From: Methanobacteriota archaeon
GTDB lineage: Archaea; Thermoplasmatota; Poseidoniia; Poseidoniales; Thalassarchaeaceae
Length of the DNA stretch: 64,000 bases
Reading direction: 5' to 3'
NCBI GenBank assembly: GCA_014239955.1
Contig: JAAZXW010000021.1
Span: forward strand, 19,162 to 83,161
The notes beneath the pieces were generated by a model. The model worked only from the letters and a program-made list of their open reading frames with translations, ran no database searches and was not told where the DNA came from. Shown here piece by piece: positions 30,163-39,719 of this stretch. Position 1 is the stretch's first letter; every line of letters begins with the position of its first letter. The position numbers and the translations under genes were made by a program.

Positions 30163-31113
30163 GTGAAAGTCGCTATCCTGGGAACTGGTGCTCTGGGTGG
30201 CGTCATTGCTGGTTGCTTAGCGGATACTCGTGCCGAGTTGGTATGCGTATCCCGAGGAAGATCAGCTGAACTTATCGAATCCGGACTAGCGATTTTCACA
30301 CCAGAAGGACCTATGGAGATGATACCCGGGGAGCGATATTTCCTAATTGATAGTGAGAAGGGGCCACTGGAGGAGATTGTGTGCGGTTCTTGTGATGTGG
30401 CTATTGTCGCCGGAAAGGCAAATTCAACATCTTCACTTTCTTCCATAGCAGAAGACATACTGTCGGAAAATGGAGTTGCAGTAAGCATCCAAAACGGTCT
30501 TGGACATGCAGAAATTATTGCTAGCAGAGTTGGTTGGGACAGTGTGATTGGAGGGTCCACCACTCACTCGGCTTGGAGAGATGGGGAAGGTAGCGTGCAT
30601 TGGACTGGAAGAGGTTCTATTTTCCTAGGCACTATGGATGGATCCGAGCCGGATCCGACTACATCAGAGTTTGTTTCTCTTCTGGAAGAGGCTGGTTTGA
30701 ATCCCAAATGGTCATCCGACATCGAGAAAGAAATCTGGAGGAAACTGATGATCAACGTCGCGATTAACCCAATATGTGCGATTGCAGGTGTTAGGAACGG
30801 GGCTCTGTCCCAAATCCCTGAGCTATGGGCACAATCTCTCGAGGCGATGAGGGAAGCAGGGTCTGTTGCACGAGCATCTGGGATTGACTTGGGGGTGATG
30901 GACAACGAGGAATACCTGAGGAAAGTCGTTACTGCTACTTCTGAGAATAGAGTCTCGATGCTGCAAGATCTGATGGCAGGAAGGAAAACAGAGATCGATT
31001 TTCTTTGTGGGGCAGTAGTTTCAAAGGGCGAGAAACTTGGAATCCCAACCCCTAGGAACGAGGTTCTTCTTGCACTGGTGAGGGGTATTGAGATGTCCCA
31101 GCACCATGAATAA
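30163..31113 (+). CDS. panE: 2-dehydropantoate 2-reductase (ketopantoate reductase)
   Basis: ILGTGALGG, SIQNGLG, WRKLMINVAINP, SMLQDL..GRKTEID. Confidence 0.92.
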   Translation: MKVAILGTGALGGVIAGCLADTRAELVCVSRGRSAELIESGLAIFTPEGPMEMIPGERYFLIDSEKGPLEEIVCGSCDVAIVAGKANSTSSLSSIAEDILSENGVAVSIQNGLGHAEIIASRVGWDSVIGGSTTHSAWRDGEGSVHWTGRGSIFLGTMDGSEPDPTTSEFVSLLEEAGLNPKWSSDIEKEIWRKLMINVAINPICAIAGVRNGALSQIPELWAQSLEAMREAGSVARASGIDLGVMDNEEYLRKVVTATSENRVSMLQDLMAGRKTEIDFLCGAVVSKGEKLGIPTPRNEVLLALVRGIEMSQHHE

Positions 31114-31119
31114 GAGGCA

Positions 31120-32013
31120 TCAGCGTTGGCAGGATGAGCAATAGAAGGTCGACCTGTTAGACTGAACAATTCTCTTGATGGTTCCGAGGCAATCTTCCTT
31201 TATGCACCCCAGGCCCTCTCTCCCATAGACTTGGAAGTTATGGACGAAATATCCCATCGCTTCTTCGCCATCTACGCCTCTGAAGTCTTGCAGAGTCGAG
31301 CCACCCGCATCGATAGCCTCGGTAATCACATCATGGGTAGCTGCCGTTATCCTTTCCACTCTGCGTGAGACTCCGGATTGACCGGCTACGCTGCTCGCCT
31401 TTCTCCTAGGGGAGACCCCTGCTCTGTGCAGAATCTCACAAACGTAGATATTCCCGAGCCCGGCAACAACTCGCTGGTCCAGAAGGGCCGACTTGATTGG
31501 TGTACTCTTCCCCCTGAGTCCATCGCCTAGTTCCCCTGGAACAAGATGATTTGGAGTTGGTTCGGGACCAAGGTTGGAGAGCATTTTGTGGCTGTCTTGT
31601 TTTGATGTAGGGAAGCAGTCCATGAAGCCAAATCTTCGATGATCGGAGTAGACCGCCTTGCTTCCGTTATCTAGGTGGACGACCACCCAATCATGAGGGC
31701 CGTCCCCGCTACCGATCGGAGCTCCATTAGAGAATCTCCCGGGTTTGCTCTCTATTCCTTCTCCGATTAGTGTCCATCTACCAGACATGCCCAAGTGGCA
31801 GAGCCACGTTAGGTCACCTTCTAGACGAATTAGCAGATACTTTGCTCGACGATCCACTGACTGGCTCAAGCGACCTCGAAGTGATGAAGAGAAATCTCTC
31901 GGGAAAGGAAACCTCAGGTCACTACGTCTGAGGTCGACAGCTGAAATCTTTTGTCCTAGAAGATGTCTTTCCAAACCAAGTCGGACAGTCTCGACTTCAG
32001 GTAACTCTGGCAC
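31120..32013 (-). CDS. mutM: Formamidopyrimidine-DNA glycosylase / AP lyase
   Basis: N-terminal MPELPEVE, RRAKYL, HLGMSG, DHRRFG, LLDQRVVAGLGNIY (H2TH), C-terminal Cys4 finger. Confidence 0.95.
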   Translation of the reverse strand: MPELPEVETVRLGLERHLLGQKISAVDLRRSDLRFPFPRDFSSSLRGRLSQSVDRRAKYLLIRLEGDLTWLCHLGMSGRWTLIGEGIESKPGRFSNGAPIGSGDGPHDWVVVHLDNGSKAVYSDHRRFGFMDCFPTSKQDSHKMLSNLGPEPTPNHLVPGELGDGLRGKSTPIKSALLDQRVVAGLGNIYVCEILHRAGVSPRRKASSVAGQSGVSRRVERITAATHDVITEAIDAGGSTLQDFRGVDGEEAMGYFVHNFQVYGREGLGCIKEDCLGTIKRIVQSNRSTFYCSSCQR

Positions 32014-32093
32014 GCATATTGGTCATAGAGGTGGGCCATTACCTTTCGGAATATATTCGACAACGTTATCCCCCAATACCTGTCCGTATTTTC

Positions 32094-32498
32094 ATGGAAG
32101 AGGGTGATGTCCCAGATTGGGTTTCTTCAGAAGGGTCAACGGAGAATCCCCCTGAGACCGTGATTCTTGAAGGGAGTCCGGCTGTTTCGAACCAAGCCCC
32201 TGAGCAAATCTACGTCCAGGGGCATGGTGGTCCCGGGATGATCCCCCCTCAGACTAATGCAGTTCTGGCCCTAGTCTTTGGTATTCTGGGCTTAGTGATG
32301 TGCTCGGTATGCACTGCAGTGCCAGGCCTAATCCTAGCAAATGGGGCTCTCGCAACAACGAATCAATACCCCGGACATCCCGACCAAGGAATGGCAAAGG
32401 CTGCAAAGATTATCTCTTGGATAGGCATTGGCCTATTCATACTGGTTGTGTTGTTCTATGGGGTGCTGTTTGCAGCCGTAATCGCATCAGAAGCCTGA
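32094..32498 (+). CDS. DUF4190-like two-TM membrane protein
   Basis: TNAVLALVFGILG...GMAKAAKIISWIG after a Pro/Gly-rich N-terminus; start at ATG 32094. Confidence 0.65.
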   Translation: MEEGDVPDWVSSEGSTENPPETVILEGSPAVSNQAPEQIYVQGHGGPGMIPPQTNAVLALVFGILGLVMCSVCTAVPGLILANGALATTNQYPGHPDQGMAKAAKIISWIGIGLFILVVLFYGVLFAAVIASEA

Positions 32499-33190
32499 GC
32501 GCAAGAGAATACCACATGTTGCTCTTCCAATCCAGTCAAGTCGATTCTCTCTAACAGAACTAGATCAGACTCTCTTAGTATCCGCTCCGCCTTCTGGAAC
32601 CTTAAGTTGTCATTGCCCTCGGATGACCTCTCGCTTGCTGCCTTCAAGCTAAGAATGCCGATCCCCCCAGGAGTGAGAAAGGTAGTTGCCATTCTTACGA
32701 AAGTCTGGGCCTGGTCTGCTATGCTGAGATCCTGATGAATCCAATTTGCCTTCCCTCTGATGAATGCGGCGACCTGTGCGGGCTTCCTTGCATCGCCTAA
32801 TACTGGAACCAGCCCCGCTCTCCTATCAGAGAGAGTTACGAGATCCCGGACCATACGAGGAGATATCTCCACTGCTACCACCTGTCCACCATGATGGTTA
32901 TCGGCACCACAAACAAAATCGTGTATGTGACTGACAGTCCCACCGCTGGAAGCACCGAGATACAGGCATGTTGATCCCGGATCTGGTAGAAGAGAAGATG
33001 GTTCGGAACTGGTTCTGAGTAATGCAGCGGCTACCTTAGACTTGGTAGGATCCCATCGCCTCCACTCAATTCTACCATCTCTTTTCCTCCTTTCACCCCT
33101 TACTGAAATTCCTTTCACGGCATTCCTAGTCCAAAGGGTTCGTCCTTCCCTTCGGACTCCCCAAACAATAGATTTTGCCTTGTTAGCCAT
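32456..33190 (-). CDS. flpA: Fibrillarin-like rRNA/tRNA 2'-O-methyltransferase
   Basis: VRGER, WRRWDPTKSKVAA, LYLGASSGGTVSH, GDARKP, HQDLSIADQ. Confidence 0.88.
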   Translation of the reverse strand: MANKAKSIVWGVRREGRTLWTRNAVKGISVRGERRKRDGRIEWRRWDPTKSKVAAALLRTSSEPSSLLPDPGSTCLYLGASSGGTVSHIHDFVCGADNHHGGQVVAVEISPRMVRDLVTLSDRRAGLVPVLGDARKPAQVAAFIRGKANWIHQDLSIADQAQTFVRMATTFLTPGGIGILSLKAASERSSEGNDNLRFQKAERILRESDLVLLERIDLTGLEEQHVVFSCAQASDAITAANSTP

Positions 33191-33193
33191 TCC

Positions 33194-34195
33194 TCATCTC
33201 CTCTTAGGGGGTTTAGGGAACTTTGTCTTTATTGCCTCAATCTCACCATTTATCTCATCTATCTGAGATTTCCCCCAAGCCTCTCCATCGAAGTGGTCGA
33301 CTCTCACCGCAATGCTTGCCTTTCCCGCTAGATATCGTGCAATCTTTCCCCGGACCCACCTGGGAGATCGGCTCACTTGTGGCATGGAGAATAGTACAGA
33401 CCCGTGTTTTGGAGGGGGTGCTCCCCTTCTGTGTGCAGACATGGCAGCATGAGCACCGAGAACCTGGAGTGAGCCAGAAGGCATTCGGGCTAGCCTCTCC
33501 CTCCCTCCGGCTAGGGCGATCAGCTTGGCAGCAGATATTGGTCCCAGAAGGGCGCTTAGGGATGGGACGTGAATGGTTGCTATTTCCCTAATTGAGACCT
33601 CCAATTGTTCGAGTATGTCAGAAGAAGAGGACACGGCTAAAGCATGTGAAACCATAGATGACCATTCGGAATCTGAAGGGAGGTGCTTTGGCGGGTTTAC
33701 TCCGAGTTTCTCTGATGCTTCGGCGATGGATTGTGAAGAGGAGATAGCAGAGGGAATCTCGTCCCTCTGAGAATCAAGGTCAGCCTCGGTGATGAATAAT
33801 CCGGCCCACTCAATACAACGTGATTCTGAAGTCGTCCAAGAGGATCTTGCTTCCAGAGTTGCTGAGACTAGCATGTCAAGCCTCCTATCCATGTCTCCAG
33901 AAGATTCGGCGACTCCCATCTTCGCTAATGTCAGTGTGGCTCTCCGGAAGAGTTCATCCGGTTCTTCCGCCTTCGGCCAATTTGGATCTGATAGAGAACC
34001 AAGGGGATCTATTGCGGCATCTGGGAATCTCCCGGCAAGTGTGATAACCTCTGGAAGTTTTCGACCTTGTTGGATCTTCAATAGTCGTTTAGCCACGCCA
34101 GATGGGGACATTGGGCCGTCCCATACTATCTCATCGACAATGTTTCCCTGATCATCGACTACACGTGACAGACGCCAATCGAAGTGAATTTCCAT
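33194..34195 (-). CDS. nop5: C/D box sRNP core protein Nop5 (Nop56/58), divergent N-terminus
   Basis: PSLSALLG, LARMPSGSLQVLGA, PPKHG, RGKIARYLAGKASIAVRVD; start chosen at ATG 34195 (alternative GTG 34213). Confidence 0.85.
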   Translation of the reverse strand: MEIHFDWRLSRVVDDQGNIVDEIVWDGPMSPSGVAKRLLKIQQGRKLPEVITLAGRFPDAAIDPLGSLSDPNWPKAEEPDELFRRATLTLAKMGVAESSGDMDRRLDMLVSATLEARSSWTTSESRCIEWAGLFITEADLDSQRDEIPSAISSSQSIAEASEKLGVNPPKHLPSDSEWSSMVSHALAVSSSSDILEQLEVSIREIATIHVPSLSALLGPISAAKLIALAGGRERLARMPSGSLQVLGAHAAMSAHRRGAPPPKHGSVLFSMPQVSRSPRWVRGKIARYLAGKASIAVRVDHFDGEAWGKSQIDEINGEIEAIKTKFPKPPKRR

Positions 34196-34318
34196 AGCCC
34201 TCCCAAACAGCACGATGGCTTGAACGGTGCGGATTATGTATGAAAGAATAGACGAATAGTTGAATAGTCGGCAGGCTCAGCGATGTTCGGTTCTCGTTAA
34301 TTCGGTAAGGTGAGAGAG

Positions 34319-34705
34319 ATGTTTTGTCCCGAATGTGGTTCGCTTTCATATCCTGATAATAGAGGCTGGATAAAGTGCCCAGATTACAAATGTGGCTATG
34401 AAGGACCCCTCTCAGGCGAAGATGGAAAGGGTTCGGAATTTACCGACCCCATGACAGGAAAGACAATCGATCTATCCAAGACCATGGCCACCACCGATTC
34501 AAAGTCTCTGAAGCATCTGACTGAAGTCGTCGAAGAGGATGGACCGCAGGGAACTCTTAGAGAGGGCGACTACATCTGCCCTAAGTGCAATGAGAGGAAT
34601 GCCTACGTCCACTTGCAGCAAACCAGATCCTCTGACGAACCGGAGACCAAGTTCTGCACTTGCGCAAATCTTGAGTGCAAGCATAGGTGGAGGGAGTACC
34701 AGTAG
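34319..34705 (+). CDS. tfs: Transcription factor S (TFIIS/RpoM-like)
   Basis: MFCPECGS zinc ribbon; CPKC...QTRSSDEPETKFCTC with the acidic DE pair intact. Confidence 0.9.
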   Translation: MFCPECGSLSYPDNRGWIKCPDYKCGYEGPLSGEDGKGSEFTDPMTGKTIDLSKTMATTDSKSLKHLTEVVEEDGPQGTLREGDYICPKCNERNAYVHLQQTRSSDEPETKFCTCANLECKHRWREYQ

Positions 34706-34774
34706 ATTATGCTGGCTTGGTGCCAATAAGCATCAAGAACCCCCTATGCAGTAGATGAGAATCGTGGTGAGCAC

Positions 34775-35521
34775 ATGCTGAGGATTACTGCCAAGCAGCA
34801 ACTAATGAGAGAAATAGTGGACATCCTATCAGTCCTGACATCTGAGGCAAAATTGGTTTGGGGAGAAAAGGGGCTTAGCGTATCCGTAGTGGATGGTTCG
34901 CACGTCGCGCTTCTGTCAGCCACGATTGCAGACGAGTGCTTCGAAACGTACGAAGTCGAGCCTGTAGAGATTGGTCTTGACCTTCAGAAGATGCGGGACC
35001 TACTCACACTTGCAGGACCGAGTGATCTCGTTGAGATGGATTACGACGATGCAGTTGGAGCAATAAACATCAGAGTTGGCGAGGTTCTAATGATTCTAAG
35101 AGGAATTGATACCAGTACGATGGACAATCCCAACCAGCCTAATCTGGAATTCAAGTCAAAGGCAACTATTGACTCCGAGAAGCTTTCGAGGGCTTTGAGG
35201 GCTGCGAAGTTTGTAGGAGGGGAAGTGGATCTTAGCATGGACAAGAATCAACTTACTGTGTCTGTCACGGTTGAGGCGGGCGAGGGGGTGAATGTGAAGT
35301 TCGAGTCGGGAGAGTTGAGTGATCTCATCTGCGCATCGCCCACCCATTCAACGTACTCACTACAGTACCTAGGAGAGTTGACAAAGAAGCTTGCCGGGGG
35401 TTTCACGAATGAGGTCTCTCTTGAGTTCGAGGAGAAGTACCCCCTCAGGCTTACTTGGATGAGTAACGAAGGTGGAGCGAGGTGGACCTACTTCCTAGCG
35501 CCACGAATTGTCAATGACTGA
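34775..35521 (+). CDS. pcn: DNA polymerase sliding clamp PCNA
   Basis: VVDGSHVALL, FETYEVE, STYSLQYL, YPLRL, YFLAPRI. Confidence 0.92.
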   Translation: MLRITAKQQLMREIVDILSVLTSEAKLVWGEKGLSVSVVDGSHVALLSATIADECFETYEVEPVEIGLDLQKMRDLLTLAGPSDLVEMDYDDAVGAINIRVGEVLMILRGIDTSTMDNPNQPNLEFKSKATIDSEKLSRALRAAKFVGGEVDLSMDKNQLTVSVTVEAGEGVNVKFESGELSDLICASPTHSTYSLQYLGELTKKLAGGFTNEVSLEFEEKYPLRLTWMSNEGGARWTYFLAPRIVND

Positions 35522-35559
35522 CCCGTGAACTCATCAATGAATCCCTCTCCGGACTTCTC

Positions 35560-36645
35560 GTGTCAAGCAGGGTTTGCGTCATCATCCCCACAGTGGACAA
35601 CTCCACAGAACTGGCAGTAGTGTTGGATGGCCTGTCGAAACAGACATTCCAAGAAGTGGTGGTGGCAGTTGTTGGGCCGGCAGAAGACCCTGGAAAACAG
35701 GTGACTGAAGAAAGGGGATTCAGATATATCGATGACAAAGGTTCTAGGAATAGAGCAGATGCCTGTAACGTAGCCATCAGAGAGACAGAGTCAGAATTGG
35801 TCTTCTTCACTGATGATGATGTTATTGTCCCTCGGGACTGGATAGAAAAACTGGAGAGGTGGTTCGAACGCCCAGAGGTTTCGGGGGTGGGCGGGCCAAA
35901 TTTTGCACCTATTGACGAATCCACCATGTGGCAGATGGCAATTGATGTTGCTTTCTGCAACAAATTCCTCACTGCTGGGACGAATTACGGAAGAAGGTCG
36001 GAACGAGATCTTGAGGAGGTGGAGCAACTACCGGGTGTGAACTCTGCATACAGAAGAAAGGTATTGGAAGAAGTTGGTGGATTCGATCCAGGAGCAATAG
36101 GGGCTGAAGATGTAATGCTTGACCACCGAATCAAGTCATCTGAACATAGACTCTGGTCAGATGGGAGTGCAACCATATGGCACCGGAGAAGGAATCTCGG
36201 AAGGGCCAGGAAGCAGATTAGGAACTATGGTCTAGTTAGGGCTCTGGCGGGAAGAAGATATCCCAGCCTATGGGGTTGGAGCCACAGGTTGGTTTCTGTA
36301 TTCCCGGTTCTTGTATGCATTTCCCTAGCCACATTCGTTTGGGGTTGCCTCAATGGGGGCCTGGCCTGGCCGTCATTCTGGGATATCTCCACAGATTCAG
36401 TTCCACTTGGAATAGAAAGGGCATCGGTCCATCAATTTCCTACACTGGCAGTTTTGTTCAATATCATTGCATGGTCCGGAGCAATGTTAGGACCGTCCCC
36501 TAACAAGAACCCTGCTACTGTAATTCTTTCATCGATAGTCTCATTCATACTACTGTGGGATTACAGCATTGGAATAAACAAAGCCAGAATTAGTATAGTG
36601 ACAGGAAGCCCCACTTCCCAGATTGACGACAGAGATAGAGACTAG
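35560..36645 (+). CDS. Glycosyltransferase family 2 with C-terminal TM helices
   Basis: VIIPT, FTDDD (DxD), GVNSAYRR, GGFD, AEDV, WHRRR. Confidence 0.85.
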   Translation: MSSRVCVIIPTVDNSTELAVVLDGLSKQTFQEVVVAVVGPAEDPGKQVTEERGFRYIDDKGSRNRADACNVAIRETESELVFFTDDDVIVPRDWIEKLERWFERPEVSGVGGPNFAPIDESTMWQMAIDVAFCNKFLTAGTNYGRRSERDLEEVEQLPGVNSAYRRKVLEEVGGFDPGAIGAEDVMLDHRIKSSEHRLWSDGSATIWHRRRNLGRARKQIRNYGLVRALAGRRYPSLWGWSHRLVSVFPVLVCISLATFVWGCLNGGLAWPSFWDISTDSVPLGIERASVHQFPTLAVLFNIIAWSGAMLGPSPNKNPATVILSSIVSFILLWDYSIGINKARISIVTGSPTSQIDDRDRD

Positions 36646-36654
36646 TCAATCGAG

Positions 36655-37380
36655 TTATTTCTTATTCCGTCTAGGGACCATACGTCCAGATTCAATATAC
36701 CAAGTAGGCTGCTTCGGACGCCAGAATAGCATTGTGAAGATGCTGAAGAATGCCCCTCCTAGAATCAGATTCAACCAACCTTCTTGGATGTATCCAGGGC
36801 TAGCATTGAAGAAAGCCCAAATGAAAGAAGGGAAAATTCCCACTATTAGACAAAGCAATATCTCCTCAATCAGTATACTTGAGTAATTGACTCTGGGGAC
36901 TTCTATGGGATTACCGCCCCATCCAGAATGTTCTCTGACTACCAACCTGACTCCATCGGTAACTGTCCCTTCGGCACTGCTCTGAGTGAATGCGGTGAGT
37001 GTTTCTGCATGGCCCGATTTCCATCTTCGAATTATCTTGGGACTTTGGCTATCGTTTACGAAAGGTCTGCCATCACAGGCCTTTCCCCAGTAGTCTTGGG
37101 CCGAGTCTGCCAAAGATTCTGAGAATCCGTCTTCTCCCGACAATAGGCCTCTTGAGTATGCCAACTGCCATTCGGAATCGGATACAAGTTCCATCTCAGA
37201 ATCCTCTGCAAGACTGATGGCTTCTTCGAAATTCAGCGGCCGTTCCGAAATTCGGAATGGGTATTCTACGATGACTTCGTGGCGGGGGCCTATCCCCCCG
37301 AACAGAATTGAGCGATTATCGGAACCGACCAAAACCGAACCTGGTTCAACGAAAACCCAGGGAATCTGGGTTTCGTCCAA
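36655..37380 (-). CDS. FGE/SUMF1-like domain (shortened) membrane protein
   Basis: WVFVEPGSVLVGS...GPRHEV..PFRIS, LVSDSEWQLA, GVRLV, then two TM helices; start TTG 37380 (alternative GTG 37425). Confidence 0.55.
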   Translation of the reverse strand: MDETQIPWVFVEPGSVLVGSDNRSILFGGIGPRHEVIVEYPFRISERPLNFEEAISLAEDSEMELVSDSEWQLAYSRGLLSGEDGFSESLADSAQDYWGKACDGRPFVNDSQSPKIIRRWKSGHAETLTAFTQSSAEGTVTDGVRLVVREHSGWGGNPIEVPRVNYSSILIEEILLCLIVGIFPSFIWAFFNASPGYIQEGWLNLILGGAFFSIFTMLFWRPKQPTWYIESGRMVPRRNKK

Positions 37381-37382
37381 GA

Positions 37383-39278
37383 TTATCCACCCAAGGAATC
37401 TAGTTCTCCGGTCTGTATTGACCACTGAGACGCGTAGACGTTGTCATTCTCGATCAAATCGCTGTGTGATCCGCGCTCAACAATTGCACCGTCAACCAGT
37501 GCAACGATCTCATCGGCATTCCTGATGGTTGCGAGACGATGTGCTACTGCAATCGTTATTCTCTTATTTCCACCATTTGAGTTTCCGAAAAGAGACTCCT
37601 GAATGCGTTTCTCCGTCTCTGCATCAAGAGCTGCGCTGGCCTCATCAAGAATGAGTAGGTCTGGATCTTTTAGTAGTGCTCGGGCCAAGCTGATTCTCGC
37701 CCTCTGACCTCCTGAAAGCATCACGCCCCTATCACCCACCATCGTATCCAAACCATCGTTAAGGTTGGAAACAAACTCAGTTGCGCCAGCGGCTTCTAGA
37801 GCACTGAGAATCTGCTCATCGGTAGATTCGCTAGCGTAAGCCACATTCTCACCTATGGTTCCAAAGAAAAGAAAGGGATCTTGTGAGACGAAACCTATTC
37901 TTTCCCTAATCGATTCTATCTGGAATTCGTTGATGTCCCTGTCATTAATCATCACTCTTCCCCCCTGTGGCTCGTAAAATCTCTCAACCAGTTTCAGTAT
38001 CGTGCTCTTACCTGCCCCGGTATGCCCCATCACTCCAAGGAACTCTCCGGAGGAGGCTGTGAGTGTTATCCCATTTAGGACATTATTCTCCGATGTCGGA
38101 TATGCGAAGGAGACGTCATCGAAACGAATGGATTCGATTGGCCCCTCAAGAGGAACTGCTCCTTCCTTGTCAAAAATTGAGGGTTCCAAGTCTATTATAG
38201 CAAAAACCCTCTTGGATGAAGCCTCTCCTTTCTGGATTTGGTTTATCAGCATTCCAAGAATAAACATCGGCATGGTCATCCTGGTGGAGATGAGGAGGAA
38301 TGTAACGAACTGCCCCACAGTAATCTCACCCGATTCCATAACCCAACCACCTGCTGAGGTGAGCAGGCCGAATGAAATACCTGCAACCACGTATATCCCA
38401 GGGATAAATCGGTTTCGAACGAATGCAGCTTGAACAGCTGCGTCTCGGTAATCCCCACTCTGCCTTCCGATTCTTGAAATCTCGAACTCCTTGGCGTTAT
38501 ACGCCTGAACGACAGTAACGCCAGTAAGAACATTCTCCAAAATTGCGACGATGCCCCCGGTACTCTCTCTCTGCTTCCTGTACTTCCTCTGGACCCTAGT
38601 GGAGAACCAGATGACCATGGGGACAATGATTACCAATGGGGCGAAAAGGATTACAGCCAGTTTTGGAGACATCCAGAACATGATGATGAATGCAGTTGAG
38701 AATGTGATTGAGATTCGTATCATGCTAGTACTCGCATCTGAGATGATGTCCTCTAGTTGAGCGACATCTGCAGAGAGGACGGACATCAGATTACCAGTTT
38801 GTCTGCTCTCAAAGTACGATGCTTCCATATTCAATAGCGAGTTTGTTGCATCCATTCGAATATCATGCTGTGCCATATATGCCGTGGATTGCCACAGTTG
38901 ATTGCTAAGGCCTTGGAAAAACGCTAGGAAAGTGAAACAGACCATGATCAGGAGCCCGAATCCCAGTTCTATGGAATCGATTGGTCCAAAGTCTGGGATT
39001 GCCCCCCATTTTACTAGTCCCTCGATTGTGGAGTTAGTGAATGTCTTGGATTCGTAATAGTCTGCGGCCATTCCGATTGCGATGAACGGAATTAGATCGA
39101 ATGCCCGGGCGCCAGCGTTTGCCAGAATTCCCCCAAGTGCCCTTTTCCAGTATCTGGTGATGTACGGAACAACCCTCCATATCTTTCTGCCGACTACTTG
39201 GCTGTCATCTGTCATCTCCGACATGTCTTTGCTTAGTGACGCACCTACTGCGCCCCCTTCTTGCTCGGTTGCTGACAC
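37383..39278 (-). CDS. ABC exporter, fused permease + ATPase (MsbA/MdlB-like)
   Basis: TM domain, GHTGAGKST, LSGGQRAR, LILDEASAALD, VAHRL. Confidence 0.93.
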   Translation of the reverse strand: MSATEQEGGAVGASLSKDMSEMTDDSQVVGRKIWRVVPYITRYWKRALGGILANAGARAFDLIPFIAIGMAADYYESKTFTNSTIEGLVKWGAIPDFGPIDSIELGFGLLIMVCFTFLAFFQGLSNQLWQSTAYMAQHDIRMDATNSLLNMEASYFESRQTGNLMSVLSADVAQLEDIISDASTSMIRISITFSTAFIIMFWMSPKLAVILFAPLVIIVPMVIWFSTRVQRKYRKQRESTGGIVAILENVLTGVTVVQAYNAKEFEISRIGRQSGDYRDAAVQAAFVRNRFIPGIYVVAGISFGLLTSAGGWVMESGEITVGQFVTFLLISTRMTMPMFILGMLINQIQKGEASSKRVFAIIDLEPSIFDKEGAVPLEGPIESIRFDDVSFAYPTSENNVLNGITLTASSGEFLGVMGHTGAGKSTILKLVERFYEPQGGRVMINDRDINEFQIESIRERIGFVSQDPFLFFGTIGENVAYASESTDEQILSALEAAGATEFVSNLNDGLDTMVGDRGVMLSGGQRARISLARALLKDPDLLILDEASAALDAETEKRIQESLFGNSNGGNKRITIAVAHRLATIRNADEIVALVDGAIVERGSHSDLIENDNVYASQWSIQTGELDSLGG

Positions 39279-39352
39279 AGAGTTTCGTAAAGCAAGGAGT
39301 GTTTCAATGCTTCAGTCTCAATTAACTAATTTCTACGCCATGGAAAGGAAAA

Positions 39353-39427
39353 TGGTGCGCCCGCCGGGATTCGAACCCGGGACAAGAGGTTGGAAACCTC
39401 TTGTGATAACCCCTTCACTACAGGCGC
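39353..39427 (-). tRNA. tRNA-Gly (TCC), CCA encoded
   Basis: Minus strand GCGCCTG...CGGGCGC+ACCA; anticodon arm AGAGG-TTTCCAA-CCTCT; T-arm CCGGGTTCGAATCCCGG. Confidence 0.95.
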
Positions 39428-39509
39428 CTAAACTCGGCGGACGTATGGCATCTCTAAATCGATTCGGTTTACTGAGGAATTTGAAAAGTGAGTGCCTGCA
39501 CGGATTGTC

Positions 39510-39719
39510 ATGATGCTCAGGCAGAGGTTTGGTATTTTTCTGATATTATTTTTCCTTCCAATAAATGGGCCTTTGTTGAGGATGCTAATGGAATCAAGAG
39601 GAATGCCGCTTCCGATGGGAGAATTACAGTTCCTAGGATTATCCCTTGTCATGTTCATTGTCGGTTTATTGATGATCTTCACACCAAGAATGAGATTACG
39701 CTCAGACTCCATAGAGTGA
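39510..39719 (+). CDS. Small two-TM membrane protein
   Basis: About 69 aa with two hydrophobic helices; fills the gap between tRNA-Gly and the TatD-like gene. Confidence 0.55.
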   Translation: MMLRQRFGIFLILFFLPINGPLLRMLMESRGMPLPMGELQFLGLSLVMFIVGLLMIFTPRMRLRSDSIE

